From Octopus sinensis (taxonomy: Eukaryota), in contig NC_043008.1 of NCBI RefSeq assembly GCF_006345805.1, positions 45,942,001 through 46,006,000 on the forward strand: 64,000 nt of DNA, written 5' to 3'. A program made the translations under genes and the position numbers. This document shows positions 56,480 through 64,000 of this stretch, in pieces. Within the stretch, counting starts at the first letter, position 1, and the number at the start of each line of letters is the position of its first letter. Below the pieces are notes generated by a model. The model worked only from the letters and a program-made list of their open reading frames with translations. It made no database searches and had not been told where the DNA came from.

Positions 56480-58128
56480 AACCGAGTAGCATATGTCCGT
56501 CTTGATCCGTCAAAGACTTGATCGTGGTTTCGTTTCCATGTTGCGACTCTACCTTTCGGGCCCATCGGACGGCTTTGGTTCCTCTTGTTTTTGTGCACTG
56601 GCTTTAGGTCTGACGACACACCCTTTGTGTTTCGCTTCAAAGAAATGGTCAAGGGCCTTTCTCGCCGCTAATACATCCGTTGCTATTCCTTTACTAATAG
56701 CATCTTCTAGTCTGCTAACTAGTTCTCCCGCCAATCTATTTCTTCTTGTAGCTAAACGCTATCGATTCTGCTCTAATCGTTTTCTTCAGAGCGATTCACC
56801 ATCGGTTGTAGACGATAACTCCCATCAACTGCCGCTTAGCTAGATGGATTGAACATACCACAAATTTATGAACTGTGTAGGCGACCAATTTAGATTACAC
56901 ACAACCTATGCTATCCTTATTCTCTAACCTACCAAATACCCTATCTAAATACGATATGGATGACCCGTTGTGGTTGCTCTATGTCCACACTGGCACATCA
57001 GGGACATCCAATCGGTAGCTGTCAGAAAGCTAGTAAGTCCTGAGCAGGTTTTCGAGGCTCTTACACATCCTTCTACTATGTACTAAACCCATACAATCCT
57101 TCCGTCCGTCCAAAATACTATTCCAGTTGCTCACTAGTACTAAAGTGCGAGATCTCCCCAAGAAAGTTTGTAGACGCCTGAAGAAATCCGGCCTTCCAAC
57201 TCCTGTTGGGCCATAAACCGCCACCAGTCTAAAACCGCCACCTTCGCTGCTATTTACATCCATAACCACCACTTTTATAATCCGGATCCATGAAGATAGA
57301 TTTACTTGGAGATCTCAGGATTTCCAGAGTAGCGATGCTATACCGCTACATATTCCCTATTGACCACAAGATGAGAATACCTCGTGGTCCTCGAAAATGG
57401 GTGCTAGAGCCACACCCAAATCAGGTGACCTGAGATCCATGAGCAAGTGACCTTGCTTCGAAGCTGATACCAGACCACGCACATTCACAAACTCCATTCT
57501 CAGCATATCCATGCCAGTTGGAGAACGAAAATGAGGAGATTAATCTCTTTGAATTTCGAGAAGCATGGAAGATCTTTTAAAAGTCCCTTTCGACGGCCTT
57601 TTATCAACAGATTTTTTCTTAATCCCCACGTTAGCTGGGAATTTTTGTATTACAGTTTTATAAACGTCTGACGACGTTTTAATTAAGGAACTGTCCTTGG
57701 GGCTTTGAGGGTGATATCCTCAAATTCCTTTCCCTCTATTTTGCTTCTGTTTTTACTTACAAAATCCATCAATTCATTGTTACCTTTGTTCACAACAGTC
57801 AAATTGAGTAAAAACATTTCGTCTACAATCTGATGAGTATTTTTGGTTATTTCTGTGATTCCATGCAGTTGTTGATGATGTTGCTGTTTTTGAAGTTGTT
57901 GATTTTGTGCTTGTTTTGTTGGAGTGGTCGTGAATTGTGTTGCAGTTGTGGTTTCAGAATAAGTTCTTGTTGACTTTTTGGAGTAGGGCCATAGAGACTC
58001 ACCTCCTATTTCGCCGACCCACCTTGGTCAATGGGTTCCATTGATCGTTCAGCCCTTCTTTCTCCATGTCATTGCTGTTGATGTGGTTTTGGGAGGGAGA
58101 GCATAATAACAATTTTGCCAGCTCATCG
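56480..58128 (-). mobile_element. Tx1/L1-like LINE fragment: possible ORF1 end, then ORF2 APE endonuclease and linker
   Basis: MLRMEFVNVRGL (ATG at 57506), FRLVAVYGPTG.GRPDFFRRL, LVLVSNWNSILD and FEAKHKGCVVR; the Q-rich upstream region is tentatively ORF1. Confidence 0.7.
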
Positions 58129-58141
58129 CCTTCTACTACTA

Positions 58142-58486
58142 TTCTTTTGACTTTGACTATTCTTTGACTCCGCCGGTTACGACGACGAGGGTCCCAGCTG
58201 ATACGATCAACGGAACAGCTTGCTCGTGAAATTAACGTGCAAATGGCTGAGCATTCCACAGACACGTGTACCCTTAACGTAGTTCTCGGGGATAATCAGC
58301 GTGACACAGAGAGTGACAAGGCTGACCCTTTGAAATACAAGTACAACTCATTTTTGCCAGCTGAGTGGACTGGAGCAACGTGAAATAAAGTGTCTTGCTC
58401 AAGGACACAACGCGTCGCCGGGAATCGAACTCACAACCTTACGATCATGAGCCGAATGCCCTAACCACTAAGCCACGCGCCCTCAC
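58142..58486 (-). mobile_element. tRNA-derived SINE, family D, with 13-bp TSD
   Basis: CCTTCTACTACTA at 58129-58141 and 58487-58499; body appears identical to 31588-31908; tail of AGTCAAA-type repeats. Confidence 0.9.
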
Positions 58487-60520
58487 CCTTCTACTACTAC
58501 TACTATAACTACTACCACCACCACCACCACCACTATTACTACCACTACCAGAACCACTACGAAGATTGTCTGTGATTGATTAGAAAGGATTGGTTTCAAG
58601 GATATGAAGCATGAAGGTCGAAAGTTAATGAACATTAAAGAATGTGACGTGTGTTAGTTACGGAGATAAGAATTTGATTTGCTGCTGTTGCAGTAATTGT
58701 TCTGTTTGCGTCCGTTATGAATGTAAAGATTGGTTGGCTGTAATATTCGCCTCAAATATAGTCAGTGTCTTACTGTTTCGTATTCTAATGGATTCAGTAA
58801 GGACCAGTAACAAGTCTTTGCAGAAGAAGAAAAATGGATGTCCGTTCAACTCAGACTAAATTGTATTATGCATTTTATCCAAACGGAAATTTTATCACAA
58901 TGAAAATGTGTCAAAAGTTTGCTGAAAACTTTTAGAAGGAAAGAAAAGATTTTCATATTGCACAACTTTCGAAATATCTTCTATGATGCGAAACTAGATC
59001 AACCAGTACTTCAACCAATTATCGCACTCTCTTCCCCATTATGTTAGGTTTTGGTCGAAGGTCGAAGGCGACCGCCAACTGAAATAAATAATAAATACAT
59101 AAAACCATGTTTTATACCTGAGACACATCACTTATTAAACACCTGTTTCATCTGCATCGCAATTCATTACCAATTTTCAGTAATGCATCGACAGTATCCA
59201 ATAGACATGAAAGTCGTAAAAAATCATGAATAATAGAAAAACAGCGGCAAAAAAGTGAGAACATAACGCTATAATATTATTATTGAGATGCGCTCTGTTC
59301 TCAACTATCGACCTTTGTTCAGGTGTTGTGTGTTCGTTATATCAGATATAATCAATGGCTATGTCTACTCAGATACATATTGTTAGATGCTGGCCAGCTA
59401 AATCGTCTTCTGTTCTTTAAAACTGCAGCATCATGGCAGGCAAGCGATTATTTGCTGACATAATGTTTGCAATATCTTAAATTACTGTACAATTCAGGGA
59501 TACAGATTTGGAACGATTAATGATTATCAAACCACAATTACAAATAAAAAAAAATGCTTAGAAAAAGAAATAGCTGTAAAAACCCTCCTGAATTTTTGTT
59601 ATTGAACGAATTTCCCTGAGATGTAACATAGACATTTAATATAACATCACTAAGTTGGCACAAAGCCGCACATACTCTCTGTTGAGGTTAAAGGGTATTT
59701 CTCTGAATAATTAATACTTAATTCTTTTTGCGAACATCGGTGGATATGAAAGCACTATTGACCTCATTGCTATTTGATGTCAGGACTAACTAATAATTTT
59801 TGAGATCAAATACAAGTACCAGGATGCATTTTATCTGGAAAACGTTCGATTCAAGTAATCAGCACACATCAATATTAAATATAAATGCTCCATAACGAAC
59901 CTCTCAGCGTTTCACTGACACTGTTTTTGGCCATGAAATAAATGGGAGAAAGTGTCCATTCTCTTATTCTGCAACCGTTTTCTTCGATATATGCCTGTGA
60001 TTAGACGCGTTTTTATATCTATACTAGCAGTGAAAGGTTAAAAGTGGCACAGAGCAATACTAAAATATATTTATTTCATGTTATTCTTTAATTGTTCTAA
60101 ACGTGTGTTCATGTCTGGGTTATCGGTGTTAGAAATTACAGTAGTATTTTACAAGTTAAAAAGTATAAAATATATTTTATTCTTGTCCATGGCGGTATCA
60201 GAATCTGAAAACATCAATGGTGTAAGCTGTTATTTTTCATTGCCTATGTTCACACACACGCACACCTTCTCACGTCGACCATCCATAAGTACAAACGTCT
60301 GTCTACTGTGGTAATTTGACGAGCTATACAATATACACATACATACACGCGCACACACATACACACATGCACACACACACACAAACACACACACACATAA
60401 ACACACACACACACATACATATATATATAAACATGATTTCTAATCAATGCTGCATTAAGAAGAAAAAGATGCAATAGTATATTTGGTAACATGTAAAAGT
60501 TGGGGAAGATAAAATTACTA

Positions 60521-60755
60521 ACCTAATTCTTTACTACCCACAAGGGGCTAAACACAGAGAGCACAAACAAGGAGAGACAAATGGATTAAGTCGATTATAT
60601 TGACCCCAGTGCGTGACTGGTCCTTAATTTATCGACCCCGAAAGGATGAAAGGCAAAGTCGACCTCGGCGGAATTTGAACTCAGAACGTAATGGCAGACG
60701 AAATACCGCTAAGCATTTCGCCCGGCGTGCTAACATTTCTACCAGCTCGACGCCT
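60521..60755 (-). mobile_element. tRNA-derived SINE, family B (5' half)
   Basis: Reverse complement of 60982-61210 with scattered substitutions. Confidence 0.85.
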
Positions 60756-60981
60756 TACGAACCTGTAGAATGACGTCACAGTCGAGATCGAGTCGATGGC
60801 AGTGTACGTAGATAAAGAATTGGTTTCTTTTTTGTTTTCCCTGTCGTGAATGGGGTATGGCAGAGTGAATTTATTAGAGCCTGGAGAGGAAGAGGGTTCA
60901 CCTTGATTCAACAGGGTGCAAATTCTGTCTGAAACGTCTAAACTAAGGCATGACGTTTGCATGAGATATTAAATAAAACAC

Positions 60982-61375
60982 GGAGGCGAACTGGCAGAAA
61001 CGTTAGCACGCAGGGCAAAATGCTTAGCGGTATTTCATCTGTCGTTACGTTCTGAGTTCGAATTCTGCCGATATCGACTTTGCCTTTCACCCTTTCGGGG
61101 TCGATAAATTAAGTACCAGTTATGCACTAGTGTCGATATAATCAACTTAATCTGTTTGTCTGTCCTTGTTTGTCCTCCCTGTGTCCTCCCTTGTGCTTAG
61201 TAAAGAAATAGGTATTTCATTTGTCTATACGTTCTGAGTTCGAATTCTGCCGAGATCGACTTTGCCTTTCACTCTTTCGGAGTCTATAAATTAAGTACCA
61301 GTTGCATACTGGCGTAGATCTAATCGACTGGCCCCCTCCCCCAAAATTTCGGGCCTTATGCCTAGAGTAGAAAAG
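60982..61375 (+). mobile_element. tRNA-derived SINE, family B, full length, internally dimeric
   Basis: Head GGAGGCGAACTGGCAGAAACG; module ACGTTCTGAGTTCGAATTCTGCCGA...TTTGCCTTTCA...AAATTAAGTACCAGTT occurs twice (~61047 and ~61229). Confidence 0.85.
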
Positions 61376-62985
61376 GAAATGTTAAATAAAACGTAAAGAA
61401 TGCGAACTGAAAGAGAGCACAGTAGTTTCTTTGGACAATTTTTGTGTTTATTAGAAAAACGTAAAGTTTCTGAAGTTTCTGATGCCATTAATATAAATTT
61501 GTGTTGTTCTTATCTGGATTGGCATTTACTTTCGTCCCAGTGTATGTCGGGTCATAAAAGGAATCAATGTGGCTCTAAAACGGTGAACTTGACGTTCTAG
61601 AATGGCTACGTTTCTATGATAGAAGCCAGTAAAAAAAAAGATTGAAGTAATATGAGAGGAATTCAGCTGAATGGTTATTATTACATGTAAATGTATGAAA
61701 CTCAGTCGACATCAGAAAGTTAAAGTTGAAAAGGAAAATTGAATCGAAATTTATACATTTGTCATTGAGATATTTGTCATTAAATATTTATTATATATTT
61801 GTCATAATTAGCAAATGACTGAAGAATGCTGCAGATTGAGAGGCAATTTTGTGATGATTTGTTACCTGGCGAAAAATAAAATAAAATAACATGAAAATGA
61901 ATGAAGATATTGTATTTCTGTAGAGAAAATAAGAATTTGATTACTATTTTCTAAGTGTAGCATCAATAAAATGTAAGGAACAATGCTAATGACGGGATTG
62001 ATTATTGATATCAGTAAATTAACTCTAATAAGGATTAAGTATGTACGCTGTTGAACTCTGGTAAGTTACTACCAAAGCAGTTCTACAATGCAGATTCGAT
62101 TCTTATTTGAGCAATTTCCCTTTATTTTTTTACAAATATCTGACTTTCAACGAAGAGTCAGAAGGTTATTGAGTAAGCCAAGTAGACTTCACTCTGATTT
62201 CCCAGAAAAACAAAACTATTTAGGGAGCTCAGTGAGCTGGAGTTATATAAAACATACGATTCATAATTATTTAATACATGGGAGATTAATCTGCTGACAA
62301 TGCAAAACATTCCTTATTTCAGAAAAATTTCGCTTTATATGCGTATTTAACATTTGAGCGATAATATATGAACTTGGTTTTCAACAATTCCGGAGTCTTT
62401 AATAGAGAAAATCAAACAAGAAAATTGTCATAATAGATTATGTCCCTTAGCAACCCGTTATCAAAACAATGTCAAATTGTCTTAGTCTAAGAATGATGAG
62501 ATTTTTAGCAGTGAAATACTGAGATCACTATAATGGAATATGCTTGAGAAGGTGGGGCCCAAGCGAGACCATAATCCAGTAACTGCAACAAAGAAAATAA
62601 TAAAATTATAAATAATTTAGAAGCAATGAATAATAAGATGACCGCGAAGTAATATTGATATTTTTGGATTAGAAGGCATGAGATATGAAACAGGCTCACC
62701 GCCGACCCTTTCTCCCTCTGATGACCAAAGTGACCATTGCGACGCACACACACACACATACACACGTACGCGCGCGCACACAAGCACACACATACACACA
62801 CACATGCATAACGAACATTATTATTCATAAGAAATAATAATATTAGTGGCCGCAACCATAAAAAACCCTATAGGCAAATTAATAGATATATATAAAAATA
62901 TATATAATGTGGCTACTAAGAAGCAACGGCTTTGCTAAAAATAGGAGTAATAAAAACTCCTGTGGCTTCGAGGGTTTTAAAATAT

Positions 62986-63025
<40 letters not shown>

Positions 63026-63059
63026 CGAAAGAAAGAGAGAGAGAGTTTCCTCACATGTG

Positions 63060-64000
63060 GTAAGCTGCCCAACATGCTAAAAGGAGGTATAATATGCCCT
63101 GTCCATAAAGGAAGGAGCAAAGCAGATGATAAAACTCTTTCTGACTTCACATGTGTGTAAGACAATGGAACGCCTTGGCAGAAAATGGCTAATCACTTCC
63201 CTCGAATAAAACTCCTCACAAACACGGAAGATGGCCTCCGTCCAGGGAGGGGCTTCTTCACACAGCTGCTTCAGCACTTTGGTTGGGTACTGAAACAACA
63301 GCTAAACCAGACGGCTGTAGATGTGATATTTCTCGATTTTTCCAAAGCCTTCGACAAGGTTGATCATGGCATGGTATGTCACAAACTACGAAATCTTGGT
63401 ATGGCCGGGAAACTGGGAGGGTGGCTGCGTGATTTTCCGTAAGGCAGGAGTCAGACAGTTGTAACCAGGGCTGCTACTCTGAAGAGACACGAATTCGCAG
63501 CAGAATCCCACAGAGAACTGTACTGGAGCTACTACTATTTCTGGTGGCCCTCTCAGACATGCCCTCCGCAGTATAGTTAGCCAATCCGACAAGTTATGCT
63601 GATATCACAAAAGTATCGCAGGCGGTTAGCGATTCAGAGGACATCATAAAAATGGACAAAGTTGAATAAAATATGCAAATGAGCTCGGACCAGCACTATG
63701 TTAAAATCGGAAGATACTGGACCAAAATCAGAATCGGTGCGTGACCTGGGGGTTCACATGATCAATGATGCAACGTTTCATGTGCATATTACGGATGGGA
63801 TAATTGCACACGAGTGGCTCGATGGGTTCTGAGGACATTCAGAACCAGGGTGAGCGAGGCCCTGCTCCTCCTATAAGGATTTTCGTTCTCAGCCGCTTGG
63901 GCTACTACTCCCAACTATGGTCCCCAGTGACTGTAAAACAAACTGTGGATAACGAAGCAGTTCAGCACCAATACACAAACGAGATTGACTCGATGCAAAA
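63060..64000 (+). mobile_element. Degraded CR1-like LINE RT fragment, cut by the window edge
   Basis: ICPVHKG, LTSHVCKTMER, LRPGRG..TQLL, VDVIFLDFSKAFDKVDHG, IPQRTVL..LLF and SYADITK. Confidence 0.85.

Overview
AT-rich eukaryotic DNA, not prokaryotic. It is dense in (TA)n, (CA)n, (TATC)n, (TACA)n and (AAT)n microsatellites and in tRNA-headed SINEs that resemble those of octopus/coleoid cephalopods (my recognition, not a database hit). I cannot support any intact host gene; most ORF-track entries are translated microsatellites. The window is a transposon graveyard: a 5'-truncated but nearly readable Hero-like RLE non-LTR retrotransposon (5.1-8.5 kb), several R4/Dong-like RLE LINE pieces, RTE, CR1-like, Tx1/L1-like and Penelope-like (PLE) fragments, mariner and maT remnants, two non-autonomous Helitrons and four SINE families. 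The most striking signal not explained by these labels is a set of hammerhead-ribozyme (HHR) folds read by eye. (i) A near-perfect 191-bp palindrome at 31922-32112 whose two arms each encode a minimal type I HHR with a swapped G3-C8 core pair. (ii) An older inverted HHR pair at 16.5-16.7 kb. (iii) A dead HHR after a GIY-YIG-like remnant at 30.75 kb. (iv) A type III HHR-like fold downstream of the Hero ORF. There are also recurrent head-to-head LINE structures with a tail at both ends. All RNA folds are manual and untested, and family assignments rest on motif recognition.
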